Of a DNA stretch of 64,000 nt, positions 45,915-55,982 are shown piece by piece. The DNA is from an uncultured Chlamydiae bacterium (GTDB taxonomy: Bacteria; Chlamydiota; Chlamydiia; Chlamydiales; JAJFMB01). Location: assembly GCA_963696295.1 (NCBI GenBank), contig CAVOJR010000001.1, positions 2,496,001 to 2,560,000 of the forward strand, given 5' to 3'. The notes under the pieces are model-generated. The model was not told the DNA's origin and did not search any database. It worked only from the letters and a program-made list of their open reading frames with translations. How positions within the stretch are numbered: position 1 is the first letter of the stretch; the number at the start of each line of letters is the position of its first letter. The translations under genes and the position numbers were made by a program.

Positions 45915-47374
45915 AGCTTGAGGCCGGGCGTGGGAGATTGAGGGAGTTTCAGCGCTTCCGACTCGAGCGAGGCGACTGGATAGCTGCAGTAATCGGCGGC
46001 GTAGAAGGCGCTTGGGCGGTGATTGCCGCTGCGGCCGATGCCTCCGAACGGAGCCTGGCTGCTAGCGCCGGTTAAGGGGGTGTTCCAATTGATCAGCCCG
46101 GCGCGGATCTTGCTGTAAAAGGTCTCATATTGGCTCCGGTCGTCGCTGAGCAGCCCGGCCACTAGGCCGTATTCGGTGTTATTAGCCTCTTCCAAAGCCG
46201 CCTCGAAATCGGGCACGCGGATCACTTGCAGCAGCGGACCGAAGATCTCCTCATCCTCCCGGGGGCTCATGAAGGTGACGTCGATCAGACCCGGGGAAAG
46301 AAACGCTTCGTCTAAGGAGCCCATCTCGATGAGCGGTTTAGCGCCTCTTGCAACCATCTCCTTTTGCTTGTTCAACAGCATTTCCTTCGCCTGCAGGCTG
46401 ATAACCGGCCCCATAAATGGTTCGGGGTTAAGAGTATATGGCCCCACGCTAATTCCTTTGACCATCGGAACGAGCTCCTCTAAAAAGCGTTCCCCCTCCT
46501 GGCCGGTGGGCAGGATAAGGCGCCTCGCGCAGGTACATCTTTGCCCCGAAGTGAGATAGGCTGACTGCAGCGTGAGGTAGGCGGCCGCTTTCCAGTCGGT
46601 TACTTTGCCCACGATCAGGGGATTGTTGCCCCCCATTTCCAGCGCCAGAATTTTTTCGGGATGTTTGGCAAAGAGTTTGGCCAAATGAAGACCTGTTTTA
46701 TAGCTGCCCGTGAAGAGCAGGCCGTCCAGTTTTTTCTGTTCGGAGAGGATTTTTCCCGTTTCCGCATCCCCTTGCACCAGATTGAGCACCCCTTTTGGCA
46801 GACGGCACTCATCCCAATAGCGGATCATGAGCTCGGCCACAAGCGGCGTCAGCTCGCTCGGTTTAAAGACGATCGTATTGCCGGCTATCAGCGCCGGGAT
46901 GATATGGCCGTTTGGGAGATGTCCGGGAAAATTGAAGGGCCCGAACACGGCGAGCACCCCCATCGGCTTGTGGCGGGTCTGCGAATGGTACGCCCCAAGT
47001 TCTCCGGCTCTAACGGGACAGCGGACTCCTTGCGCCTCTTTCGAAATCTTCACCTTGCCGATCATCGCGCTGACTTCCCCCTTCGATTCCCAGAGGGGTT
47101 TGCCCGTCTCTTCAGAGATCGCTTTTGCCATTTCATCTTTTTTCAAAGAGAGGACATTTTGAAAGGCCTCGACATGCTCCAGGCGCTTTTCCAGAGGCAG
47201 ATTCCCCCAACCCGGCGAGGCGGCTTGGGCGGCATCGACTGCCTTCTCCACTTCCGCTTTTCCGGCGGCATTTCCCGTCCAGATCACCTCGTGGTTAGCC
47301 GGATTGAGAGAGTGAAATTCAGGACCTTTACCCGGCTGCCACTGGTTGTTGATATAATGACTTAAAGTTGCCAA
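45911..47374 (-). CDS. astD: Succinylglutamate-semialdehyde dehydrogenase
   Basis: FGPFNFPGHLPNGH, LEMGGNNP, GQRCTCAR, GNHRPSAFYAADYC. Confidence 0.95.
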   Translation of the reverse strand: MATLSHYINNQWQPGKGPEFHSLNPANHEVIWTGNAAGKAEVEKAVDAAQAASPGWGNLPLEKRLEHVEAFQNVLSLKKDEMAKAISEETGKPLWESKGEVSAMIGKVKISKEAQGVRCPVRAGELGAYHSQTRHKPMGVLAVFGPFNFPGHLPNGHIIPALIAGNTIVFKPSELTPLVAELMIRYWDECRLPKGVLNLVQGDAETGKILSEQKKLDGLLFTGSYKTGLHLAKLFAKHPEKILALEMGGNNPLIVGKVTDWKAAAYLTLQSAYLTSGQRCTCARRLILPTGQEGERFLEELVPMVKGISVGPYTLNPEPFMGPVISLQAKEMLLNKQKEMVARGAKPLIEMGSLDEAFLSPGLIDVTFMSPREDEEIFGPLLQVIRVPDFEAALEEANNTEYGLVAGLLSDDRSQYETFYSKIRAGLINWNTPLTGASSQAPFGGIGRSGNHRPSAFYAADYCSYPVASLESEALKLPQSPTPGLKL

Positions 47375-47435
47375 ACGATTACCTCAGTTTCCTACCCTTT
47401 TAGCTCTTTTGCCACATCCATTTCAAGCATGATAT

Positions 47436-48449
47436 TTACTTCATGATATAGCGGACGGCTTGACCCTCTTTCACTTTAAGGGCTTTGGCTGTTTCGGTTT
47501 CCAGGGCGATCTTGCCGTCCGGGTATACTTTAACTTTTCCCATCGTGCAGCGGTAATCCAACGAGACATTGGCAATCAGGGCGTTCGGGGCATCGGGGAG
47601 TTCTTCGGTAATCTTTTTCAGCTGGCCGACATGGCTGTCGCACACGGTTCTTAAAGAGGCGATGGGTGCTTCGATGACCGGCCCTCCATCAATCGGGTTG
47701 ATCCTGTCGGTGATAACAAACCCCTCTTCGGTCAGCATCTCAAGGGCGCTTTTGGAGTGGAGATGCGGTTTTCCAATCGTCTTCTGGGTGGCTTTTGCCA
47801 GGAGCATCGTATAAATCGGCAACTCGGGCAGCCCTTCCAAAAAGAAGTTGCGCCGGCCGTTCAAAAGAGCGTTCAGCTCGTGGAAGGAGAGGTTTAAAAA
47901 ACGCTTTCCCAACCCATTCCAAAAGGGGGATTCATGTTTTTCATCGATAAACCCGCGAATCTCGGCGTAAAGGGTCTTTTCAAACCTCTGGGGGAATGAG
48001 GCGATGAAGAGCAGGCGGGAAAAGGAGAGAAGTTTGCCGAGGTGCTCTCTTCGAAAGGCGGACAAAAGATACAGGGAGCAGAGCTCTGAGGGGCCATCCC
48101 TTTGCGAGAGGGGATTTAAGAGAGTGAAGAATTTTGGAGTGGGCAAAAGCGTGGTTGGCGCAGCTTTCTTTTCGATGAGGTAAAAAAAAACCGGCTCGCT
48201 GACCCCTGTTTTGGAATAGATGCCGCAGACGCCGCCGAGCTCTTTGGTCGCTAAATCCTCCAAAACAAACAGGTAGGTCTCATTCACAGGCTTGTCGAGT
48301 TCCTTGGAAAAGGAGGCCACCGAGTGTTTGATCAATACTTCCAGGCTTTCCCGATTTTTTGGGATGCTGGTCATGCCGATGCCGGTCGCCTGTGCGATCT
48401 TTTCAAATTGATCCAGGTCTTTCAGCTGGATGGGCCGGATGATTTTCAT
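47436..48449 (-). CDS. astA: Arginine N-succinyltransferase
   Basis: YLFVLED, SELCSLYL, LLSFSRLLFI, AEIRG...SPFW..LG..F, DGGP. Confidence 0.92.
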   Translation of the reverse strand: MKIIRPIQLKDLDQFEKIAQATGIGMTSIPKNRESLEVLIKHSVASFSKELDKPVNETYLFVLEDLATKELGGVCGIYSKTGVSEPVFFYLIEKKAAPTTLLPTPKFFTLLNPLSQRDGPSELCSLYLLSAFRREHLGKLLSFSRLLFIASFPQRFEKTLYAEIRGFIDEKHESPFWNGLGKRFLNLSFHELNALLNGRRNFFLEGLPELPIYTMLLAKATQKTIGKPHLHSKSALEMLTEEGFVITDRINPIDGGPVIEAPIASLRTVCDSHVGQLKKITEELPDAPNALIANVSLDYRCTMGKVKVYPDGKIALETETAKALKVKEGQAVRYIMK

Positions 48450-49786
48450 AGCTGTTGTTCTATAATGTTGATGATATTATCCAAATCCTTTTTCTCGGTG
48501 GTCAGCGAGAGGAGCATGCGGATGCGCGTCGGGGTTTGTCCGGTGATAAAAGTGATCACCCCCGCATCAAACAAACGGCGAGCGAAATCAGTGACTTTTT
48601 TCAAGTCGCCGCCATAGGGAGTGAAGGCGAGCAGGGTTCCCAAACCGTAAGGACCTTGAACCGGGCATTTTTTCTCCAAAGCCTGCATCCTGAGTTTAAA
48701 ATGGGCCTCCAGCTCAGCGATTTTTCCCTCCGGCCCAAAGTAATGGCCATTGGTGAGTTCATTTAGAATAGTGAGCGAAGCGGCGATCATCGAAGTGCTC
48801 GCGGTAAACGTCTGGCTCAAAAGCCCGGGTCCGGGCATAAGGTCGTTATTAAAGAGGGTCGCGCAAGCCTGCGAGAGCTTGCCTATCGTGATGATATCGA
48901 TGTATTGGTCTAATCCAAAATACTGAAAAGCAAAGAGTTTAGGGGTTCTGCCAAAGGTTTGCACCTCATCGGCCAGGATGGGAATCTCTTGCTTTTTAAG
49001 TTCCTGCATCAGGGGTTCAAAAAAACTTTTAGCTCCCACGTTGATCCCCCCCTCCCCTTGCACAAACTCAAAGAGCATCATGGCGTGCTGCTTGGGGTAG
49101 CGGGAAAGAGCGGTTTTCAGGGCGCTAAGGGCTTTTTGAGTGCTCTCTTCTGGGTTTGCAGGATCGAAAAAAGGGATGTAGTCCACTTGGACATTCAATG
49201 GCAGGCCCTGTCTAAAGCCCGGTTTGTCGGTGACTTGCGAAAAAGTCCAGGTGCGGCCGGCAAAACAGTGTTCAAAGGCGAGCAGGCGGGAGGCCGGAGA
49301 TTTTTTTTGGAGGGCGATTTTTAAGGCGTTCTCATTGGCCATCACGCCCGAAGTGGTGAGAAAACAGTGCGCTTTCCCGGAGAGCTTTGTCAAAAGCTGG
49401 ACCAGTTTTAAAGAGTCCAGATTTTGCTGCAAATTGCCCTGCATGACGGTGTTGCTGAGTGCCGCGTCGATGCCGGCTTCGATCAATTTGGGGTGGCTGT
49501 GCCCGAGGATATGGACGCCGATGCCGTTGATGCAGTCATATTTTACGCTGCCGTCCTGAAGCTCGACAAGGGGGCCGCTGCCAAAGCCGCTGCCGATATA
49601 GGGGTACCACAGTGAGACTCCGCGGCACTTTTCAAAGTCCTGAAGAGCGGATTGGTACGAGACCTGCAACGCGGGGTCGGGAGGCTTAATCTCCCGGATG
49701 TTTATCTGATGGTCCATAACAGCTTGAAGCAGAAGCTCTTTGGCTTTAAGCACGCGCGGATCTTTCTTTAAGTTTTCAGCTTCCAT
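48446..49786 (-). CDS. Class III PLP aminotransferase (likely succinylornithine transaminase role)
   Basis: SGVMANENALK, FAGRT, EFVQGEGG, DEVQTFGRT, TIGK; located within the AST operon. Confidence 0.85.
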   Translation of the reverse strand: MEAENLKKDPRVLKAKELLLQAVMDHQINIREIKPPDPALQVSYQSALQDFEKCRGVSLWYPYIGSGFGSGPLVELQDGSVKYDCINGIGVHILGHSHPKLIEAGIDAALSNTVMQGNLQQNLDSLKLVQLLTKLSGKAHCFLTTSGVMANENALKIALQKKSPASRLLAFEHCFAGRTWTFSQVTDKPGFRQGLPLNVQVDYIPFFDPANPEESTQKALSALKTALSRYPKQHAMMLFEFVQGEGGINVGAKSFFEPLMQELKKQEIPILADEVQTFGRTPKLFAFQYFGLDQYIDIITIGKLSQACATLFNNDLMPGPGLLSQTFTASTSMIAASLTILNELTNGHYFGPEGKIAELEAHFKLRMQALEKKCPVQGPYGLGTLLAFTPYGGDLKKVTDFARRLFDAGVITFITGQTPTRIRMLLSLTTEKKDLDNIINIIEQQL

Positions 49787-50984
49787 AAATAATATCTCCG
49801 TTAGCCAGTTTCATTAAAAAATGGGAGACCAGCTGTGTTTTTTTCACCAAACTGTCTAATAGAATAAACTCATCGAAGGTATGGATTTCTCCTCCCAGAG
49901 CGCCTAAGGAATCGATCGAGGGGAGCCCGGCCTCAAAGAGCAGATTCCCGTCGGTCACTCCGCCGGAAGTCTGGAACTTCAGCTCCACGTTGAGATCGTC
50001 AGCCGCGGCCTGGAACGCTTTAAAGAGAGCCTGATGTTTTGTTTCAAAAGGTTTAGGGGGACGATCGGAGTTAATGTGCAGTAAAAGGGAGAATCCTTTT
50101 TTGGCATTGAGCGTATCGATGATGTTTTGGAGCTGCTCTTTCACTTTGTTTAAATCTTTCGGATGAACCATGCGCACATTTACCCCGCAGATAGCCAAAT
50201 CGGGGACAATGTTTATGGGTCCTCCTCCTGCGATTTTTCCCACGTTGACCGTGATCCCTTCATCGAGATTTGTCAGACTTTCCGCCTGGATAATGAAATG
50301 ACTGAGGGCGGATATGGCGTTGTTCCCTAAATGAAAATCGCGGCCGGCATGGGCGCTTTTGCCTTTGGCTACCACAGTGAAATTGATCGACCCTTTCCTC
50401 CCATTGACCAAAGCGCCGCTTGACATACAGGGCTCAAAGATCAGACCGAACCGGCATTTTTTGGCGACTTGTTTCAAAAGGGGAGCCGAGCCCGGCGAGC
50501 CTATCTCTTCGTCGGGATTGATCACCACATGCCAGCCGATATTTTTGGCAAAAGGACTCATTTCCAGCGTTTCCAGGGATTTAAGCAAGATCATGAGGCC
50601 CCCTTTCATGTCGGTCACTCCCGGGCCTTTCAGTATCTCTTCGTCAATTCGTTCGGCTTTTTGAAAGGGGGAGTTCGCGGGAAAAACCGTGTCCATGTGC
50701 CCCCCTAAAAACACTTGAACCGGCGCGTCGGGGCGCTTGGCCATATATAAGGCCTTCCCTAAGGGCTGCTCAATCAGGGTTCCCTGGTCGTTGAAACAGG
50801 CATAAGGTTGAAGCTCAACTTCTTGAATGGTGGGCTTCAGCTTTTGAAAGGCCCCTTTTAACTCCGACAGCATGGAGGAGAGGCCTTTAAGATTTGCCGT
50901 TCCGGAGTTGATGTCGGCCCACCTGATGAGATCGGCCGTCATCAGCTCTTTTTGAGAAGAGATCCATTCTAAGTACGATTCCAT
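49776..50984 (-). CDS. M20-family hydrolase (likely succinylglutamate desuccinylase substitute)
   Basis: GGHMDTVF, GPGVTDMKGG, DEEIGS, AHAGR, GGVTDGN, IHTFDE. Confidence 0.85.
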   Translation of the reverse strand: MESYLEWISSQKELMTADLIRWADINSGTANLKGLSSMLSELKGAFQKLKPTIQEVELQPYACFNDQGTLIEQPLGKALYMAKRPDAPVQVFLGGHMDTVFPANSPFQKAERIDEEILKGPGVTDMKGGLMILLKSLETLEMSPFAKNIGWHVVINPDEEIGSPGSAPLLKQVAKKCRFGLIFEPCMSSGALVNGRKGSINFTVVAKGKSAHAGRDFHLGNNAISALSHFIIQAESLTNLDEGITVNVGKIAGGGPINIVPDLAICGVNVRMVHPKDLNKVKEQLQNIIDTLNAKKGFSLLLHINSDRPPKPFETKHQALFKAFQAAADDLNVELKFQTSGGVTDGNLLFEAGLPSIDSLGALGGEIHTFDEFILLDSLVKKTQLVSHFLMKLANGDIIYGS

Positions 50985-51040
50985 ATTAACTCGACAAAGT
51001 CACAGTTAAGCTCAATATAGGCCAAATAGAGGATTACGAA

Positions 51041-53020
51041 CTACATAAAATAAAGGATCCCTTTTTGATCGATATGGATCAGCTCTATATCGCGGCTGCT
51101 GTTTAATTTACCCCTCAATTGAGCCCCAAATGGCGTGATTGACCAAATCTCCTTGGTCTCTTGATCGAGGCTCAAGAGCTCTTTTTTGTCCGGATTGACC
51201 AGGATGGAAGCCTTGGAGGGAATAACATACTGGCTATAAGTCACTTTCATATTTTCGAGATTGATGAAAATGGGGGTTTTTTCTTCAGAAATGAGTACGG
51301 CATGATTACTGCAGCAAACACCGCTGATGGAGGCGCTTTTGGAGTTTATTGGAATCATTTTTTCCGGGCCGGACAGCATGATTTCCTGATCTAAATGGGA
51401 TCTTATCGTCAAAAAGCATTGGTTTGAGGATTGCTCAATCAGACAAAGCTTAGGACCGTAAGTCATTACATCCAGGCAGCCTCGCAATTTGGTCTGCTTT
51501 CCCGATGGGCTGATCAGATAAAGCAGGGATTGGTTGTGAAAAATCAGAAGGGTGGGATGGGGTTTAAACACTCCCCCCGGATCGGTAACGTTAAAGAAGG
51601 GGCACCATTTTTCCTCACTGATTTTTCCCAATTGCAATTGGCTGCCGGTCTTTAGCGCTTTCAGCCCTTCGGTCAGTTGATAAAGATCTTCATTAGCGGG
51701 TATTTGAATCGAACGGATCGCTACTCCGGTGTCCACTTGGAACTGGTAAATCTTGTCATCGCCCGCTGTGTGAACCTCGATAAAGTTTCCGGCAATCTGA
51801 ATTTTTGGCAATTTGCCGGCTGGCTGCATCTCTTTATAATCCAGATTGGCGGGGAGAGGCAACGGGATGGTCCAGGCCATCTTCTCTGTTTTCCTGTTGA
51901 AGGCGATGAGAAATGGGTTTACCTTTTCTCCCTCTTGAGCCGGTTGATATAAGCCGATCATCAGATCGCCATGGAAGAGCACTCGCTCCTTAACATTGAG
52001 TGTAAGTCCTTTAGTAAAATCCGGCGCATTTGGGACCTTATCGCTGAATATTTCTATAAGGTGTCTGTTAAATAGCTTGCACACCTTTTTGACAGACACC
52101 TGTAACAGATCTCTCAGCGCAACGAAATGGGGATACGCCTCATCTTCTGCCTTAAGGATAGCTTCCACATGTTTTCCGATATCGACTGTGCTGGTGTTTC
52201 CGCTAATGGTGAGAGCTCTGGCAATTCTCAGCTGATCCTCCGGCGGGCTGGCTGAAAGGAGAAGGTAAATAATCCTGTGCTTGTTCGGCCAGCTATCCAG
52301 CTTTATAAAAGAGAGATTTATCTGGACCAAATTAAAGAAAGCCTTTTGCTGCTCTTTGCCCAAGATTTCAATAAACATAGGATTTTGAGTTCCTGCAAAA
52401 AGGATATCGATGAAATGATGGGGCCTCGTCCAAAACCCATTTTTTTCGATATAGTCCGAGACCGCCTTTTGAAGAGGGGTTGTGGAAAAAGCCTCTTTTT
52501 TCGGCAGGGTAAAGGTGGCTCCGCCATATTGTTTTATCAGCCAAAGCAAGTAGTACCCGGCTTTCAAATCCCCTTTTTTATAGGCCTCCATCAAAAGGCA
52601 GCAGGTGTAGGGGATGCCTCTAAAGGTTAATGGGGTAATGTTCTTGCAGAAGGTAGAGCTCAGCGCCTCTTCTTCGAGCCAGTTTTCTGATTGAAGGAGG
52701 TGCGCAGCCAAAATGGAGCTATTTGCGTTTAAGACGTGTTTTAAAGCCGATTCCGAGGCTGTTTTGTCGATCAGGGCAAAGGGGTAGCCGCTTTCGCATT
52801 CTCGTCTGAGAAGCGCGGAATTTTTTTGCACAAAAGCCTTCACCTTTTCCATTTCAGCGCTGGTGTATCCTGTCGCGGCATTCAGAGGTTTGGCGGATTC
52901 CACTGCCAGTTTCGCAAATATCTTAATGGCGGCATTGTAGTCTGAAGAAGTCGATGTCAAGAGAGGAAGGCTTTTCCATTCCGTCAGCACCAGATCAGAC
53001 ACAAAAGTTTCGATGTTCAT
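51041..53020 (-). CDS. Hypothetical protein, 659 aa
   Basis: Long ORF with GGAG RBS; helical N-half and beta-rich C-half; no motif recognised. Confidence 0.7.
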   Translation of the reverse strand: MNIETFVSDLVLTEWKSLPLLTSTSSDYNAAIKIFAKLAVESAKPLNAATGYTSAEMEKVKAFVQKNSALLRRECESGYPFALIDKTASESALKHVLNANSSILAAHLLQSENWLEEEALSSTFCKNITPLTFRGIPYTCCLLMEAYKKGDLKAGYYLLWLIKQYGGATFTLPKKEAFSTTPLQKAVSDYIEKNGFWTRPHHFIDILFAGTQNPMFIEILGKEQQKAFFNLVQINLSFIKLDSWPNKHRIIYLLLSASPPEDQLRIARALTISGNTSTVDIGKHVEAILKAEDEAYPHFVALRDLLQVSVKKVCKLFNRHLIEIFSDKVPNAPDFTKGLTLNVKERVLFHGDLMIGLYQPAQEGEKVNPFLIAFNRKTEKMAWTIPLPLPANLDYKEMQPAGKLPKIQIAGNFIEVHTAGDDKIYQFQVDTGVAIRSIQIPANEDLYQLTEGLKALKTGSQLQLGKISEEKWCPFFNVTDPGGVFKPHPTLLIFHNQSLLYLISPSGKQTKLRGCLDVMTYGPKLCLIEQSSNQCFLTIRSHLDQEIMLSGPEKMIPINSKSASISGVCCSNHAVLISEEKTPIFINLENMKVTYSQYVIPSKASILVNPDKKELLSLDQETKEIWSITPFGAQLRGKLNSSRDIELIHIDQKGILYFM

Positions 53021-53297
53021 TTAAGCACTCCTGTAAGGGAACAAAAAGAATAATGGCGAGATGGGTTTTGAGGCAAGATTTTTCCCCTTTTCAAATGGGC
53101 AAAAAAAAATAGTGTGTCCTTAAAAAGATATGGCAGACAATGATTGAGCCATAACTTTTTTCAGGACGTACAAAAAATATTGCGAATAAAAATTTGTGTT
53201 AAATTCGGACTTTAAGTTAATGTGACAAAACGTAGACCCTTTTATAGGAGGGTGCGAAGATTATTAATTTATTTGAGGGGAAGGCGATTGCATTTTT

Positions 53298-53570
53298 ATG
53301 GGAAAAAGTATGCAAGATAGTTCGGATAAAGAAGAGCCTGTCAAGTATGACTTTCGCAAAAACATCCATGAGGTGTTAGCGGAAAAGCATGCCTGCTATG
53401 TGCTGATCACCTGCGATCCGCCGCAAGAGAATGGCGAGATGAATGTCGCCATGACCTATGAGGGAGATCCAATGCTGGCCGCTTATTTGCTTCAGGGCGC
53501 TCAGACCTATATTGATGAGTATCAGGATGACGACCTTCCATTTGAAGATGAGTCGAGATTCATCGATTAA
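53298..53570 (+). CDS. Small acidic hypothetical protein
   Basis: 90-aa ORF; YVLITC...MTYEGD..LAAYL pattern. Confidence 0.7.
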   Translation: MGKSMQDSSDKEEPVKYDFRKNIHEVLAEKHACYVLITCDPPQENGEMNVAMTYEGDPMLAAYLLQGAQTYIDEYQDDDLPFEDESRFID

Positions 53571-53638
53571 GTGTTGTTAAAAAAGTCGTGAAATGTCTAT
53601 GTTCTTCATGGGGCGGAAGAACATGCTGGCGGATTAAT

Positions 53639-54331
53639 ATGAAGAATGTGGCAAATCAGTTTCGTTTTTGGGTCATGATAGGGCCCATGGTATTTCTCGC
53701 GACTTTTATGGTCTACTTTCTCAAGCTGTCCCTTTCGTTTTCTTTGATTCCGCTTATCGCCTGCATGAGTCTTTTTCTTTGCTGGCGCTGGAAGCTCGCC
53801 GGTTTGATGATTTCTGCCGGAATGCTCGCAGCCGCCTTATTTTATTACTATCCTCTCATGTCCGCAGAAGAACGATTTTGGCAAGTAGGGCTCTCAATGT
53901 CTTTTGCTATCGGTTGTCTGGTGACAGCTCTTTGCAGTGAAGAAACTGAAGGGCTTCTGAAAGCTTTGGAAGTGGAGTCGGAAAGCCGTTTAGAGAACTT
54001 GCGCCGGTTAGACGAAAAACTTAAGATGCAAAAAAAATCGGCCAAGAGTGAAAGCGACGATCTCAAAAACCAGCTCTCAAGAGCCTTAAACCAAACTGCC
54101 GAAAGAGAGGGAAAGATCGTAGCTCAAGAGGAAGTGATCGAGATATTGCGCGAAGAATTAAAAGCGCTGCGCGACACCTTTTCTTATGAAGGGGATAAAA
54201 CGGCTCTTATTGAAATGAATGAAAAGGTTGAAACGCTGAGCCGTGAAAAAGAGCTTTTGCAAACCACCTTGAGCAAGCTGCAAAAAGAGCTGAAGCAGGA
54301 AGCCGCCCGGGCTATCGCTGCCAAGGGGTGA
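53639..54331 (+). CDS. Membrane protein with C-terminal coiled coil
   Basis: About four TM segments, then a Glu/Lys/Leu heptad region. Confidence 0.7.
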   Translation: MKNVANQFRFWVMIGPMVFLATFMVYFLKLSLSFSLIPLIACMSLFLCWRWKLAGLMISAGMLAAALFYYYPLMSAEERFWQVGLSMSFAIGCLVTALCSEETEGLLKALEVESESRLENLRRLDEKLKMQKKSAKSESDDLKNQLSRALNQTAEREGKIVAQEEVIEILREELKALRDTFSYEGDKTALIEMNEKVETLSREKELLQTTLSKLQKELKQEAARAIAAKG

Positions 54332-55190
54332 GAATCTCAAACCCACTATCCGTAATTAAAACCGTATGCTCCCATTGCGCGCTAGGCTTCCCGTCTTTAG
54401 TTCTCGCTGTCCACTTATCTATCGGATCAATCACCGCTTCTCTGACCCCCGCATTGATCATCGGCTCGATGGTGAAAATCATGCCAGGCGCCAAGGGGAT
54501 CGCATTGGTGTTGGCGTAATGGAGAACCTGGGGCGGTTCGTGAAATTGAATCCCGACCCCATGCCCGACGAATTGGTTGACCACGGAGCAATGGTTTTCT
54601 GTCGCATAACTTTCGATCGCGTTGCCTATGGCGCATAGCGGGGCGCCGGGCTTTAAAACAGCGATGGAGCGCATCAGGCATTCGTAGGCCGTGTCGACGA
54701 CCCGTTTTTTTTCCTCGTCCACTTCTCCGATCATCACCATTTTGGAGCAATCCCCATAGAACCCATCCAGAATGCAGGTGACGTCGATGTTCAAAATATC
54801 TCCCGTTTTAAGCGCTCTTTTATCGGGGATGCCGTGGCAGATCACCTCATTTAACGAGGTGCAGATGCTTTTTGGGAAAGGGGGGAAGCCATACCCCAAA
54901 GGGGCGGCAATTGCGCCGGCTTCATCGTGCAATTTTTGGGCATAGTCGTTTAACTCGAGCGTAGTGATCCCTGACCCGGCCATCTGGCAGGTCATTTCCA
55001 GTATCTTTGCCGCCAGGCGGCATGAGCGTCTGATCCCTTCGATTTGGCTTTCGTCTTTGATGAGGATTTGCCACTGTTTGGCGTATTTCTCTTTGAGGGA
55101 GCCGCTTTTTTCGGGACCCTTGTCCGGGAAATGACATTTCTTCCATTTTTCGCCGCTGCCGCACCAGCAGGGATCGTTTCGTCCAATCAT
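54312..55190 (-). CDS. map: Methionine aminopeptidase type I with N-terminal SEC-C motif
   Basis: GRNDPCWCGSGEKWKKCH; SLNEVICHGIP, DVT...GD, GHGVG..FHE, TIEPMIN, QWEHT. Confidence 0.96.
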   Translation of the reverse strand: MIGRNDPCWCGSGEKWKKCHFPDKGPEKSGSLKEKYAKQWQILIKDESQIEGIRRSCRLAAKILEMTCQMAGSGITTLELNDYAQKLHDEAGAIAAPLGYGFPPFPKSICTSLNEVICHGIPDKRALKTGDILNIDVTCILDGFYGDCSKMVMIGEVDEEKKRVVDTAYECLMRSIAVLKPGAPLCAIGNAIESYATENHCSVVNQFVGHGVGIQFHEPPQVLHYANTNAIPLAPGMIFTIEPMINAGVREAVIDPIDKWTARTKDGKPSAQWEHTVLITDSGFEILTPWQR

Positions 55191-55304
55191 TGCTACCTAA
55201 AATTTATAAAAAAGGATAGCACGAAAAGGCAATTTGCCAAAAACCAAATATCAAAGAGTATGAGTTTTGTGGTGAAAAACAGGCTCCTTTGCTATAGTAT
55301 TCTC

Positions 55305-55982
55305 ATGAAACCTAATGATCTTAAAACTCTTTTTTCCTGGGATGAGAGAAAAATTATCATCGATGATGGCGTTTTCTATATTCCCTCATTTTATCCCTCC
55401 TATGCCGACTTTGCCTTTCCAGGCTGGGAAGCCATTTTTCAGAACCAAAATCCCGTCAATGTCGAATTTTGCAGCGGGAACGGCGCCTGGATTATTCAAA
55501 AAGCGCGTGAATTTCCAAATATTAATTGGGTGGCGGTCGATCTCGATTTTGGGCGCATTCGCAAAATTTGGGCTAAAGTAAAAAATTATGAATTGAAAAA
55601 TCTGTTCATCGTCTGCGGAGATGCCAACCTCGCCGCCAAATATTTTTTTCCAAAAAATTCGGTGGCCAATGTCTTTATCAATTTTCCCGACCCCTGGCCA
55701 AAAAGAAGGCATTCTAGAAAAAGACTGGTCCAAAGGGAATTTGTGCAGGATGTGGTTGAGTGCCTCCTTGATGGGGGGGCATTCACCCTGACAACTGACG
55801 ACGTGGACTACTCTAATCAGGCGGTAGCCGTTTTGACAAAAATCGGCAATCTCAAGTCGGTTTTTGATAATCCATTTTACACTCTCCACTTTCCGGGCTA
55901 CGGCTCCTCCTATTTTGAAGAGCTTTGGCGCTCCCAGGGCAAAACGATCCGCTATCATCAATTTGAAAAAGGATGCTTATGA
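55305..55982 (+). CDS. trmB: tRNA (guanine-N7)-methyltransferase
   Basis: VEFCSGNG, NFPDPWPKRRHSRKRL, TTDD..Y, SYFEELW. Confidence 0.93.
   Translation: MKPNDLKTLFSWDERKIIIDDGVFYIPSFYPSYADFAFPGWEAIFQNQNPVNVEFCSGNGAWIIQKAREFPNINWVAVDLDFGRIRKIWAKVKNYELKNLFIVCGDANLAAKYFFPKNSVANVFINFPDPWPKRRHSRKRLVQREFVQDVVECLLDGGAFTLTTDDVDYSNQAVAVLTKIGNLKSVFDNPFYTLHFPGYGSSYFEELWRSQGKTIRYHQFEKGCL

Noticed and set aside
55044..55304. N-terminal extension of trmB
   Set aside because: It overlaps map on the opposite strand and the divergent promoter region; ATG at 55305 is more plausible.
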